DNA from: an uncultured Armatimonadia bacterium
GTDB lineage: Bacteria; Armatimonadota; Zipacnadia; Zipacnadales; UBA5352
DNA: 57,673 nt
Direction: 5' to 3'
NCBI GenBank assembly: GCA_964484945.1
Contig: CAZAHB010000005.1
Location: 1-57,673, forward strand
Shown: positions 36,174 to 46,701 of the stretch, piece by piece
Numbering within the stretch: the first letter of the stretch is position 1
How the letters are laid out: the number at the start of each line of letters is the position of its first letter
Made by a program: the position numbers and the translations under genes
Notes under the pieces: generated by a model
The model's database searches: none
What the model saw: only the letters and a program-made list of their open reading frames with translations
What the model was told of the DNA's origin: nothing

Positions 36174-37037
36174 TCAGCGGCAGATGATCAGTGTGCCTTC
36201 CTTTTCTGGCTGGAAGGCGGAACGTATCCAGATATTGATGTCACATTCACAGGCATACTGCAGCGCCTCGCGCTGGATCACCTGCGGGCAGTCCTCCATG
36301 GCCAGAAGCTCATCTGCGGTGATCTTGCCCAGTTTGCAGGCGTGCTCGCCATGGACATTCGGATCGCAGTCATAGACCCCGTCCACGTCGGTGAACATCG
36401 TGCACGAATCCTGATCCAGAGCATTCGCGAGGGCGACTGCAGTCAGATTCGAGCCGCCGCGCCCGAGGATCGAGACTTCGTCGCGGCCACCACTGTGGTC
36501 AGGATAGTAGCCCTGGAAACCGGCCACCACCGGTACGATCCCGGCTTCGACCAGCTCTGCGACGTGCTGCTCGTCAACGCGCTCGATCTCGGCGTCAACC
36601 GGTCCGCCCTTCGTGACGATACCGGCCTCCCGTCCGGTCATGGACCTGGCAGGGCAGCCTCGCTCCTCAAGGCTCATCGCAAGCGCGGAGTTGGCGCGAA
36701 GCTCTCCCGACATCAGCAGCCGGGCGTACTCGCGACGGGGCGGGTCGGAGCTGATGGCGGCGGCGAGGTGATCGAGCTTGTCAGTTGCCCAGTCGAACGC
36801 CGATACAACGATGACGGGGACATGACCGGCCTCTTTGAGCGGGATGATGAAGTCCCGCGCGACCTGTGAAAGACGCCGCGCTCGCGCGTCATTTCGCCTC
36901 TGCGCGAGCGTGCGATAGATGTCATTGACTTTATTCATGCGATGCAGTTCCTCGAGCAGGCGGTCCTCATTGGGACCGAATCGATTCTTTCCCTGCATGG
37001 AGGTACCGCCGAATTTCATAACTGGAATCTCAGCCAT
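36174..37037 (-). CDS. aspartate kinase-like protein, kinase domain only (no ACT domains)
   Basis: VMKFGGTS, VIVVSA, LLMSGE, VPVVAGFQG, ILGRGGSNLTAVALA, FTDVDGVYDCDP; ends at NIWIRSAFQPEKEGTLI. Confidence 0.85.
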   Translation of the reverse strand: MAEIPVMKFGGTSMQGKNRFGPNEDRLLEELHRMNKVNDIYRTLAQRRNDARARRLSQVARDFIIPLKEAGHVPVIVVSAFDWATDKLDHLAAAISSDPPRREYARLLMSGELRANSALAMSLEERGCPARSMTGREAGIVTKGGPVDAEIERVDEQHVAELVEAGIVPVVAGFQGYYPDHSGGRDEVSILGRGGSNLTAVALANALDQDSCTMFTDVDGVYDCDPNVHGEHACKLGKITADELLAMEDCPQVIQREALQYACECDINIWIRSAFQPEKEGTLIICR

Positions 37038-37131
37038 GCTGTTCACTCCGATTTGAGCACATGGGATTGACTGTTGTGCTGGATTGACGGCGCCCGGTTA
37101 CCGGGTGCCGTGGCTTATTGAGTGAATGGTT

Positions 37132-37160
37132 ATCCTACATCATGCACGTCGCACTGTAAA
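37132..37160 (-). promoter_or_regulatory. sigma70 promoter for the aspartokinase-like gene
   Basis: TTTACA-17 nt-TAGGAT, about 90 nt upstream of the ATG. Confidence 0.65.
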
Positions 37161-37170
37161 CCCACGCGAC

Positions 37171-37190
37171 AAACCCGCCTCAAGCGGGGG
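37171..37190 (-). terminator. probable intrinsic terminator after the GH106-like gene
   Basis: CCCGCT-tga-GGCGGG followed by TTTG on the minus strand. Confidence 0.45.
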
Positions 37191-37235
37191 CACGTTCCCG
37201 GAGAGCCACACGATATGTTCGGCGCATCACGCACA

Positions 37236-40010
37236 TTAGAGGATCGACACGCCCCCGTCCTGGCTGTCGCGCAGCACACGCACCGGCCCGATCAGACCCG
37301 CGCGTGGTTCATCCCGCATCCAGTCCAGCGTGCGCTCGTAGTATGCGTTGAACCACCCGCGCTCGCGGGCCATCTGCACGATTTCCTCGCGGGCAGCCTG
37401 GTTCGCGAGCGTCGTCGTGACCTCGACGAACAGATCGTTTATGCCGGGCATGACCAGTCCGGTGATCTCCACGATGTGAGGTGGCCAGACGCTCTCACCC
37501 AGTTCCTCCTCGTTCAGCCACGCGCGAGCGATCTCCCCCACCTCACCGAGATCCAAAAACAGCCGCTTCTCCACGTCGCCGGGCGGCACGTACAAATCTA
37601 TGTCGTAGCCTGCCGTCCCCGCGAAATCAGGCATGCCCAGTTCCTCAAGCGGGCGAAGGGAGAAGTCAGAGGGGATCTCGTCGGGAACGTGGGTCGCTTC
37701 GCGGATCTCGATGTCACCCGCTGCATTGATAACGAACTGCCGCACCACTTCGATCGACTGCGCGCGCACTTCCGTGGCTACCCGAACCAGCGACGGCTCC
37801 TCGTCAGTTTCCGGCACCTCGCCTGTCAGCGGACGCGTCGTTATCAGCGCCGCCTCGCCTGCGCGAAAGGTCAGCGTGAACGAGGTGGGGTCGGAGACCT
37901 CTTCGTGTGTTGCCAGTACACGTGTGACGCCTGATATGGTATCCCAGTGTTCGACGACACGCGGCTCTTCGCTGATGAGCATCAGTTGCGCGTCCAGTTC
38001 CGCGTCGCCCTCGTTGTGCAGCAGGTGAACGCCCACCTCGTCCGCGACGCGGCTCGCAAGCGCCAGTTCGCCCTCCGCGGTGTCAACCTGCAGTTCGTAG
38101 CGTCCGGTAACCAACAGCAGCAACTCGGCCAGGCGCCCGATCTCGTCCTCGGGGACCACCAGACAGCTTCCCTCGGCCGCCTCGGCCTCGGTGAAGCGCG
38201 CGCCACCACCCGGGCCGAAGAACGCTTCCGCAATACCGTCCAGCGGGAACGTCATCGTCATACCAAGGCCCCGCGGGTCGTCGCCCCCCATCTCGTTTGT
38301 TCGGGTTCGATCCATGGTCACGGCTTCGTCGAGTGCACGGGCCCGAACCTGCTCGAAGGCGTCAGTGGCGTCGAAATTCGCGGCCATTGACGGCGGCTCG
38401 CCACAAAACGCGATCCTCCCTCCGCTCCGGCGCAGCGCGCCGAGTGCTTCAAGAGCGTCAACGGGCATGACGGGCGTCTCGGGGACGATAACGGCACCGT
38501 AAAGCTGACCGGGTGTGGCCAGATAACCGTCCGAGACCTCGCCCGCGGCAAGTGTCTTCGCGTCGATGAAGTCGAATGCGACCTGCTGCGAGTTCAGGGC
38601 GTCGGTCACTGCCCGGAGCGAGTCCCATGCGGCCTGCCTCGCCTCTTCGCCCACCCACGTGGCCTCAATCGGGTAGTAGACCGCCACATCCACCATCGGC
38701 TCACTGTTTCGCACCGCCGCGCTCATCACGGCGCAGTGGTCGGCGAATGTCGCGAAGCCGTCCCAGAGGGGATTGCCCTCCCCGAGATGGCTCATGGTAC
38801 CGATCCAGTGGCCCCCGTCAGTGTGAGAATACAGCGCCATCGGGCACATGTAGTTGATCCCGCGCAGGAACTGGTAGTCGGCGACCCACCGCATCTGCTC
38901 GGGTGTGAGCGAGTACCCATAGACCGCGAACGTCTCGCTGAGCGTGAGGTTGCGCCAGTCGCTGCCATCATCTTCGTCATATCCGCGGTGAGCAAGTGCC
39001 GATGTTGCAAACTGCGGGAAGCCGAAGTTGTCCTGTCCCGGGAAGATCTGGCGCCAGATCGCGTCAATGCCGGGGGCGTGCAGTGAGCCGGCGGTTTTGA
39101 AGAACTGCCCGAAGCCGCGCCGGTGATCGGGCAGATTGTCCTCGCCGCCAACGTGACCGGTGTGGATCAGGTCATGGTCCGCGCACCACTGATTGATCGG
39201 CTCGAAGTAGCTTTCCTGAAAAAGGTCGGTCCACAGTTCGTTGAACTCACACCGAACCGCGGCGATGTCTTCCTCGCTGAAATGCTCGCTGAGGGTGAAG
39301 CCGAGAGCGTGATCGGAGAACAACACGGGCAGCCATGGCCTCAGGTCGAAGCCGCGCCGGGCCTCAAACTCTTCAAGCATGCGCCCGGTCCATGGAATCC
39401 GATTGGAACCGACCTCGCCCGGGACCGATGTCTCGTCGGTGAAGATGCCGGGCACGGTGCCGCCGAAGTGCTCCCCGACCGCCTCCGCGTAGCGCTCGTG
39501 GGTAAGCTCGATGAACCGTTGCGTCGCGTCGGGGTTGAGATGATCCACGGCCTCGTCCACATCGTTGAGCGTGAACAGCAGATTTCGCTGCCCCACCGGG
39601 ACCTCAGCAACGATCTCACCCTCGCCCCCAATCCCGAGCACCTTGCTGCGAAACTCATCGTGGCCGTCGAGGACCTTCCCCCGGGCGTTGCCGCTGGGCC
39701 ATCCTCCCTCATCATACAGCCACGCGAACAACCCCAACTCATCGGCCTCCTCAACTGCCACCCGGATCAACTCGAAATACTCGTTCGACAGGTATGGTGG
39801 TTCGATGCCGCTGATGAAGTCGCCCAGACGGAAGTCCTCACCCATGGGATGCAGAAAGAACCCACCGCAACCGTGATCAGCCATCTGCTGGATCTGATCG
39901 CGGATGCGTTCGAGGGTCAGCGGACCCTTCATCAACCAGAACATAGCCGGGCGGCAGTCTGCGGGGGGAGTTTGCAGGAGATCGATAAGGTGAGAGCCCT
40001 GGTCGGACAT
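37236..40010 (-). CDS. GH106 (alpha-L-rhamnosidase-like) glycoside hydrolase with C-terminal beta-sandwich
   Basis: RPAMFW, GGFFLHP, AWLYDEGGWPSG, GIFTDE, TGHVGGE, PGID, SETFAVYG, FLRGIN; FLDLGEV..RAWLN..GLIGPV; GGGAG RBS at ATG 40010. Confidence 0.8.
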   Translation of the reverse strand: MSDQGSHLIDLLQTPPADCRPAMFWLMKGPLTLERIRDQIQQMADHGCGGFFLHPMGEDFRLGDFISGIEPPYLSNEYFELIRVAVEEADELGLFAWLYDEGGWPSGNARGKVLDGHDEFRSKVLGIGGEGEIVAEVPVGQRNLLFTLNDVDEAVDHLNPDATQRFIELTHERYAEAVGEHFGGTVPGIFTDETSVPGEVGSNRIPWTGRMLEEFEARRGFDLRPWLPVLFSDHALGFTLSEHFSEEDIAAVRCEFNELWTDLFQESYFEPINQWCADHDLIHTGHVGGEDNLPDHRRGFGQFFKTAGSLHAPGIDAIWRQIFPGQDNFGFPQFATSALAHRGYDEDDGSDWRNLTLSETFAVYGYSLTPEQMRWVADYQFLRGINYMCPMALYSHTDGGHWIGTMSHLGEGNPLWDGFATFADHCAVMSAAVRNSEPMVDVAVYYPIEATWVGEEARQAAWDSLRAVTDALNSQQVAFDFIDAKTLAAGEVSDGYLATPGQLYGAVIVPETPVMPVDALEALGALRRSGGRIAFCGEPPSMAANFDATDAFEQVRARALDEAVTMDRTRTNEMGGDDPRGLGMTMTFPLDGIAEAFFGPGGGARFTEAEAAEGSCLVVPEDEIGRLAELLLLVTGRYELQVDTAEGELALASRVADEVGVHLLHNEGDAELDAQLMLISEEPRVVEHWDTISGVTRVLATHEEVSDPTSFTLTFRAGEAALITTRPLTGEVPETDEEPSLVRVATEVRAQSIEVVRQFVINAAGDIEIREATHVPDEIPSDFSLRPLEELGMPDFAGTAGYDIDLYVPPGDVEKRLFLDLGEVGEIARAWLNEEELGESVWPPHIVEITGLVMPGINDLFVEVTTTLANQAAREEIVQMARERGWFNAYYERTLDWMRDEPRAGLIGPVRVLRDSQDGGVSIL

Positions 40011-40170
40011 CGGCGTCACTCCCGTGCTGCGTGGATGGCTCGTATCACAGGCCTGTTGAAGCAGTTCGCGCCTCTCGGCAGCATTTCCTCCAACCACCGC
40101 CGAGATGAAGGTCTGTCGGTTGCTGGAGGTGAAAGTTCTGGCCCCATACCCCTGTGCGCAGGAGAGACCG

Positions 40171-41391
40171 GTGAGCGACGCCAGAGTCCGCGTGATGCAC
40201 GTGCTCCCCCACGCCGCCGCCGGTGGTGCCACGTTGCAGGCGATGGAGCTTGCGCGACGCATTGACCCTGACCGATGCAGTGTCACCATCGCGCTTGGCC
40301 CGGAAGCCGGGGGCGAAGGGGACGCCCGTCAGCAGATGCGTGAGCGGGACCTGGACCTGGTGGTGCTCCCGCACATGCGGCGCGAGCCGAACCTGCGCAG
40401 CGACGCTCGGGCGCTCATCGAACTGGCAGCACTCGTACACCGCAAGCGCCCACATATTCTGCATACCCACGGCTCGAAGTCGAAGCTGCTGGGCCCTGCG
40501 GCAGCGGCTCTGGGCCAGGTCCCCGTTCGCATCGCGCATATCTGGGGGTGGGAGTGGATGCCGACCACGAACTGTGCTCAGCGCTGGGCGTGCGAGTGGG
40601 AGGCGCGGATGACCGCCCACAGCTATGACGCGCTCATCGCCTGCTCGGCGGCCATGCGCGAGCAGGGACTCGCCCGCGGAGTGGGCGAGGCGCACCAGTA
40701 CGAGGTCGTGTTGCCCTCGGTGGATCTTGCGCGGTTCAATCCCGACGACCGCGCCGGGGCTCGCGCTGAGGTCCGGGCGGAACTTGGGCTCCCGATAGAC
40801 GCGCCGGTCGTTACCTCCGTGATGCGCCTGGCGCGACAGAAGGCCCCCGGGGATCTTCTCGAAGCGGCTGCGCTGCTCTCGGCGCGACTACCGCAGCTTC
40901 GCTGGGTGATCGTCGGCGGCGGGCCACTTGAAAAGCAGGTTCACGCGATGGTGGATGACCTGGAACTGGGCGATCGCGTAACGCTCACCGGCCCCCGACG
41001 CGATGTCGCCAGATTTCTTAATGCGGCCGATGTATTCGCGCTTGCGTCGCACTGGGAGCCTTTCGGCATCGTCTACCTGGAAGCCTCGGCGGTGGGCCTC
41101 CCCGTCATCGGCACGCGGGTTGACGGCGCCCCGGAGGCGGTTGCCGACGGGACAACCGGCCTGCTGGTGGACCCCGGAAACACACGGGAGCTTGCGCGCA
41201 CAATCGAGCGTGTGGCGACCGACGAGGGACTGTCGCAGCGCCTTGGCGAAGCCGGACTGGCCCATGCGCGCGAGTTCGGTCACGAGCGATTTGTCGCACA
41301 GATAGAGGACATCTACGGCCGTTTGCTGGCAAAGAAGCTCCCTCAGGGCAGGTCGCCGTCGAACACAACGTCCTCCCACACCGCCCCGTAG
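40171..41391 (+). CDS. glycosyltransferase family 4
   Basis: ILHTHGSKS, MRLARQKAP, DVFALASHWEPFGIVYLEASAVGLPVIGT; AGGAG RBS before GTG. Confidence 0.92.
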   Translation: MSDARVRVMHVLPHAAAGGATLQAMELARRIDPDRCSVTIALGPEAGGEGDARQQMRERDLDLVVLPHMRREPNLRSDARALIELAALVHRKRPHILHTHGSKSKLLGPAAAALGQVPVRIAHIWGWEWMPTTNCAQRWACEWEARMTAHSYDALIACSAAMREQGLARGVGEAHQYEVVLPSVDLARFNPDDRAGARAEVRAELGLPIDAPVVTSVMRLARQKAPGDLLEAAALLSARLPQLRWVIVGGGPLEKQVHAMVDDLELGDRVTLTGPRRDVARFLNAADVFALASHWEPFGIVYLEASAVGLPVIGTRVDGAPEAVADGTTGLLVDPGNTRELARTIERVATDEGLSQRLGEAGLAHAREFGHERFVAQIEDIYGRLLAKKLPQGRSPSNTTSSHTAP

Positions 41392-42527
41392 GAGCGGACC
41401 ATCGCCCCGATCTCGTGCCTCTCTTCGACCACACCGCGCCCCGTCCGGCCCATCTGACGGGCGCGCCGTGGTGATCCGAGGATCTGCGCCATCGCCGCAG
41501 CGAAAGCGTCTCCGTCGCCGTGAACAACCAGTCCTGTCACGCCGTCCTCGACGGCCGATGCCGCCGGGGGAGTTACGACCACCGGTCGCGCTGATGCCAT
41601 CGCCTCCAGCACCGCCGCGGGATCTCCCTCCCGCCGGGAGGCCAGTGCGAAGAGGTCACAGGCGGTCAGCAGGTCGGCAACATCCTCGCGCCACCCGAGC
41701 AACTGGACGTTCTCGTGCAGCCCGAGGCTGTCCACCAGGTCCTCCAACTCTCCGCGCCCCCCGTCGACGCCCTCAGGCGCTTCGCCTGCGATCAACAGGA
41801 GAACGTCAGGTTGCGACTCGACTACGGTCGCCAGCGCCCTGATGAGTGTGTCGAAACCCTTGCGGTGGACCAGGATGCCGACACTCAGGATCACCGCTCG
41901 ACCGGGCGCGATGTCCAGTCGGTTCCGAGCGGCTTTCCGATCAGAATCGCCCCTGAAGGCCTCGATGTCCACCGCGTTCGGTATGATGGTGGATTTGCGC
42001 AGCAGGCGGTCTTCATCGGCCCGTCCCGCGAAGTCGTTCGGCGTCAGCGGGATTATGCGGTCCGAGCAGAGGTCGGCGAGCCGAACCAGAATCCGGGGAA
42101 GGCGCTCCCGGATCCGAACGTTCCAGATGACCGGAATGCCGGCCAGTCTTCCGCCCGGCCCTGCCTGCACCGCCGCCCGCGTCTGGTTGCAGTGCAGCAG
42201 CTCGATGTGCGAGCGCCGCAGCCATCGCGCAACCGTCCATCCGTACCTCGCCAGAGCCAGCGCCCCCCGCACTTTCATGACGGGCCCGGCGCCTGTCAGG
42301 CCGCCACCGTACGTGCTCAATGGCGGAGGGGGCGCGAGAATCTCGACGGGACAGTCGATCTCACGCAGAAGCTCCGCCAGCGCTCCCTCCCGAGGGAGCA
42401 GCGCGACAGGCTCAAACCGATCGCGATCAATACGCGCGATGATGTCGCGCAGCGCCAAACCCGCGCCCGCGGAGAGCGCATAGGCATCATAGAACGCGAT
42501 CCTGACCGGCCCGTCTCCCCCCGGCAT
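41343..42527 (-). CDS. glycosyltransferase family 4
   Basis: LLHCN, IIPNAVD, VGILVHRKG, DLFALASRREGDPAAVLEAMASARPVV. Confidence 0.92.
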   Translation of the reverse strand: MPGGDGPVRIAFYDAYALSAGAGLALRDIIARIDRDRFEPVALLPREGALAELLREIDCPVEILAPPPPLSTYGGGLTGAGPVMKVRGALALARYGWTVARWLRRSHIELLHCNQTRAAVQAGPGGRLAGIPVIWNVRIRERLPRILVRLADLCSDRIIPLTPNDFAGRADEDRLLRKSTIIPNAVDIEAFRGDSDRKAARNRLDIAPGRAVILSVGILVHRKGFDTLIRALATVVESQPDVLLLIAGEAPEGVDGGRGELEDLVDSLGLHENVQLLGWREDVADLLTACDLFALASRREGDPAAVLEAMASARPVVVTPPAASAVEDGVTGLVVHGDGDAFAAAMAQILGSPRRARQMGRTGRGVVEERHEIGAMVRSYGAVWEDVVFDGDLP

Positions 42528-44143
42528 CAGAGATATCCCAAACCGCGCAGGTCACGCTCAACGGCCTCCGACTGCTCGTCGGTGTATCCATCGGCCCCGG
42601 TCCGGACGGGAAGTGACGCATCCTCTCGCCGCACGCGCTCCCCGTCACGCAGCATCTCCGAGAGCACGCGTCCGTCCATGTACGACGGGACCGGCACATC
42701 CATCAGATGCAGCAGGGTCGGCGCTATGTCCTCGATGCGCGCGCCGGAGGCAGTGAAGCCACCGCGTATCTTCGGCCCCGACAGCGCCAGCATGCCATGG
42801 AGCCGATGTGTGCCCTCGCGTACCGCCGGCGCAAATACGGCTCCGCGGCGGTCCTCGGCCAGCGGACCGGAGAGGGTGAAGTCAGTGAGAATCTCGTGGC
42901 GGTAGTCGAGCGGCACGGCCAGTAGATCGGGCGCCTCGTGCGAGAACGGGCCGTGGTAGATCTCGCGGGCGCGAAGTGGTGCGGACATCACGCGCTGACC
43001 GGTCTCCGGATCCTCCAGCGCCAACAGGCGCTCGGCTATCTCGTCGGCAATGTCCGCGCGATTCGCCTCTGTGACCATTCCCGAATCGAAGCGCCCGGCG
43101 TGGTTGAGCGAGATGCTGCCGTAGTCGCTCCAGCAGAACGCGGCGGTGCGCTCCCAGTCGATGCCTCCGGTCAGCATCTGGGAGATCATACGCCTGCGGG
43201 TGTTCGCGAGGCGACCGCGGAGACGCCGGCGGAGTGCGGCGGGCAGTAGCGTAGCGCCTGCTCTGAGAAGCGATCGCGTGATGCGACGGACAGGGCCTGG
43301 GCGACGCGGTTGCAGCCAGCCCTGCTCGGCAAGCCAGTGGCCGAGGTTGATTCCGCCCTCGGTCGGGCCCGCCCCGTGATCGGACACCAGCATCACGGTC
43401 GTGTCCGGACCGGCGACCTCGTCGACCAGCATCCCGATCTGCCTGTCCACGAGCCGCCAGGTGTGCAGCAGCAGGTCATCGACGGTCCGACCATCGCGGC
43501 CGACGGCGTTGCGGGTGCGGAAGAACCAGTGCTGCACCTGGTCGGTTGATACGAAGCAGAGCGCGAGCACGTCGACCGGGCGTGTTCGCGCGAGGTAGCG
43601 GGCCATCGCCCCGACCTTCTCGATGCGCTCCTCAAGTCGCTTGAGCGGGTAGCCGTCGGGGCCCGGGACGAGGGATTTGTCGAAGTACCCGTCGAACCGC
43701 CTGTTCAGTTCCTCAAAGAGGCCCCGGGGATACGCGATATCCGGGCCAAATGCAGGCGCATCGAGCCCCGAGAGGCAGAAGCCGTTAACACTCGCAGGTG
43801 GCCAGGTCCACGGGATGTTGAGCATCCCCACGCGGATACCGCGGGCCGAGAGGTGCTCGAAGATGGTGGGAAGCGCGACCGAGCCTCCGTTGAGGAAACG
43901 AGGAGCATAGTCGCGCGCGATCCGCATGAATGCGAAGGCACCGTGCTTGCCGGGGTTGCAGCCGGTCAGCATCGAGGACCAGGCGACAGGTGTCAGCGGA
44001 GGATGCGTGGACCGCAATCGGGCGCGGGCCCCACCGGCGAGCAGGTCAGCGATCGCCGGCAGTTCACCCGCGCGCAGCCACGGATCGATCAGGTCGAAGG
44101 TCCCCCCGTCGAGACCGACCACCAGGAGAGGGGGGGCGGTCAT
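42527..44143 (-). CDS. alkaline phosphatase superfamily phosphodiesterase/phosphotransferase (COG3379-like), intact active site
   Basis: [62 protein letters not shown]. Confidence 0.9.
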   Translation of the reverse strand: MTAPPLLVVGLDGGTFDLIDPWLRAGELPAIADLLAGGARARLRSTHPPLTPVAWSSMLTGCNPGKHGAFAFMRIARDYAPRFLNGGSVALPTIFEHLSARGIRVGMLNIPWTWPPASVNGFCLSGLDAPAFGPDIAYPRGLFEELNRRFDGYFDKSLVPGPDGYPLKRLEERIEKVGAMARYLARTRPVDVLALCFVSTDQVQHWFFRTRNAVGRDGRTVDDLLLHTWRLVDRQIGMLVDEVAGPDTTVMLVSDHGAGPTEGGINLGHWLAEQGWLQPRRPGPVRRITRSLLRAGATLLPAALRRRLRGRLANTRRRMISQMLTGGIDWERTAAFCWSDYGSISLNHAGRFDSGMVTEANRADIADEIAERLLALEDPETGQRVMSAPLRAREIYHGPFSHEAPDLLAVPLDYRHEILTDFTLSGPLAEDRRGAVFAPAVREGTHRLHGMLALSGPKIRGGFTASGARIEDIAPTLLHLMDVPVPSYMDGRVLSEMLRDGERVRREDASLPVRTGADGYTDEQSEAVERDLRGLGYL

Positions 44144-45033
44144 TGCCCGGCCCCCGGATTTTGCGCCCGCACGAATGCCCGGCCCGAATCCTCTTTCGTG
44201 TCGAGCACCTCGAAGTAATCCGCGATCAACTCCAGGACTGCGTCAGTGGAGGCGAATGCGTGCAGGTGGGTCTCCGTGGCGTCGGCTCCGCCCGCACCGC
44301 CCAGCGCGTGCAGTGTTGACCCGAAGACACCCGCCAGCCCGCCACTGTTGGAAGTCGTCAAGCCCTGGAGGAGGCCAAGAGTGGCGCCGGGCTTAAGTAC
44401 GCGCGCGGCCTGCTCAAGGACCTCCCGGGGGCTGCGCGCATGATCGAGCGCACCCATCATGATTGCCACATCGAAGGTCTGATCCGAGAATGGCAGGTGT
44501 TCCCCCACACACTGCAGGAACGTGACCTCCCGCTCCGGGCGGGGCATCGCCTCGGGAATGTCGCCGGCAGGCGCAAGACCGCCTGGAAGCGGATCGACGC
44601 CGATGTACGTCATGGCAGCAGGCAGCAGGTCAGCCACGTGTCCGGTGCCGGCCCCGATGTCCAGGAGGACCCGGGCATCGTCTGAGAGCGCGCAGAATTC
44701 GATGAAGCGGCGATGCATCCTCAGAGCAGTCTCCCGCCGCTCGGCAGCTTTCTCGGGGTCGCCCCAGGCCCTCCGCCGCCAACTGATGAAACGGTGCATC
44801 GTCGCCGCCCACTCCTGCCACCTCTCATCGGAGGCCGAGAGGTTCGAGGCGAGATCAGGGGGCATGATACGCGCGATGTCGTCGTACACCGGATACCACC
44901 GGCCGCAGTCGGGGCAGCCGAGATTCCCTTCGACCACCTCTTCCCCACTATCCTCCTCGACCCCCAGAACAAGGGGGCTGCCTCCGCAGACGGGACACTG
45001 TAGCCGCTCCAGAAGCACGTCTGGCAGCATCAC
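44140..45033 (-). CDS. Trm112-like zinc finger fused to a SAM-dependent methyltransferase
   Basis: [23 protein letters not shown], then [27 protein letters not shown]. Confidence 0.88.
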   Translation of the reverse strand: MMLPDVLLERLQCPVCGGSPLVLGVEEDSGEEVVEGNLGCPDCGRWYPVYDDIARIMPPDLASNLSASDERWQEWAATMHRFISWRRRAWGDPEKAAERRETALRMHRRFIEFCALSDDARVLLDIGAGTGHVADLLPAAMTYIGVDPLPGGLAPAGDIPEAMPRPEREVTFLQCVGEHLPFSDQTFDVAIMMGALDHARSPREVLEQAARVLKPGATLGLLQGLTTSNSGGLAGVFGSTLHALGGAGGADATETHLHAFASTDAVLELIADYFEVLDTKEDSGRAFVRAQNPGAGQ

Positions 45034-45052
45034 CTGTCACCTACTCCAGATG

Positions 45053-46701
45053 CTATTCCATATACCCGAGTGACCGCAGGCGCTCCTTCACTGTCCTGTC
45101 TCCCGGGCTTGTGGTGCGATGGTTGTCATCAACTCGCGGTTTCTCCGACACCCGCGCAACATCCTTCGCTGCTTCGTCAGTCAGCAGCGGCGTCATCACC
45201 AGACCGTCGAAATATTCGGGAATCGGCTGACCGAGCAGATGCAGCGCAGTGGGGGCGATGTCGTAAATCGATCGCTTCACCCGCATCCCCGCCGACCGAA
45301 AACTGGGACCGGAGGCGACCAGCGTGCCGTCAGGATGATGGGCGCCGAACGGAAGTTGCGGTGGATTGTCCCGCGCAATCACCGTCCCGTCCGAGGCGAT
45401 TACGCTCTCGATCCGTCGGCCGTGTCGCCAGTGGACCAGCAGATCGGGCATCAAATCCGCTGATGAACCGGCGAACTGATCATCACCTCGCGTCACATCG
45501 GCAACGACTCGCTCACCGGTATCGGCATCGCGCAACTCCAGCAGGCCGCGCTCAAGTTCGGACAGCAGAGCATCGCGTTCGGCGCCCGCCGACACTCGGC
45601 CTTCCGGCCACACCCCCTCGGTGTTGACGAAGATGTGTCCGGTCTCCGTCCGGCCCGCGTGCGCGGCCAGTCAATCTCAAGCCCCTTTGCTCCCTGTTGC
45701 GCCCGGCTCTGCAGAGCTGGAAAGCGCGCGCGCAGCCATGACTTCAACCGGCGCCCGGCATGCCTGCGGAGCCACTCAAAGCCCGCCGCGAGTGCTCTGT
45801 CTGCCGCCCTGTGCGGGGCTGAGCGCGCGCGCGGCACGATGTAGCCCTCGTGCACCAGCCACGGTCGCAACAGCACCTGTCCCCCGGAGTTGGGCGCCTG
45901 GCCGTGATCGGAGACGATCAGGATATCGGCCTCGTCACCCGCCTCTGCGAGCACCTCGCCGAGAGCGCTGTCAAGGGCCTCATACACGCCCAGGAGAGCC
46001 TCGCGCCATCGCGCCGCTTCGAGCGGATCGTGGTCCGAAGCCGATTCGTCGAGCAGGTGCCAGCACCAGTGTTGCAGTGAGTCGGTCTCAGTCACGACAC
46101 ACCAGAGCAGATCCGGCCGCTCACGCTGCATGATCCGCCGGGCAAGGTCGAGTTTGACCCGGATCCCGCGCCGCGCGATGCGCGCGACTTCGCCGAATCT
46201 GCCCGCGGCGGCATAGCGGCGCACGTCGGGGTGTATGGGATAGTCGCCGACGGTATCGGTTATCCACCGCGCCAACTCCGGCGGGTGAGTGAACCCTGTG
46301 CTCTCAGGCGACGGGCAGAGCCAGCCTGCCACCATCACACCCGGGACCTGCTCGGCGGGATATGAGACGGGGAGATTCAGCGCTGCGACGCGCACCTCGG
46401 CCTCGGAGAGAATGCGCCAGATGCTCGGCGCGCGACGTGCACGAGCGTCGATCTGCGCGAACTGATAGCTGCCACGGACGGGGTTCGTGAAGTGGAGTAT
46501 CCCGTGGCGACCGGGATTGACGCCCGTCACCATCGACGTCCAGGCCGACGCGCTCTGATAGTTCGGCGTGGATCTCAGCACCCCGGCGCATCCGCGCTCA
46601 ACGAGCCCCGCGAGGACCGGCATCCGCTCATCGCCGATCAGCCGCTCGAAAAGCGACGGCGGCAGGCCGTCAACGCCGATCACAATCAGGGGGGCACTCA
46701 C
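45053..46701 (-). pseudogene. second COG3379-like AlkP protein, split by a 1-nt frameshift at 45651/45652
   Basis: Track ORFs 45493..46701 and 45053..45613 join if one T is inserted: IDWPRTRA-[T]GG(W)-TETGHIFVNTEG; motifs GVDG, QSASAW, SDHG, GAHH intact. Confidence 0.85.

Noticed and set aside
37040-37235. Lysine riboswitch upstream of the aspartokinase-like gene
   Set aside because: The leader from the predicted promoter is only about 90 nt and lacks the conserved AGAGGUGC start and multi-stem architecture
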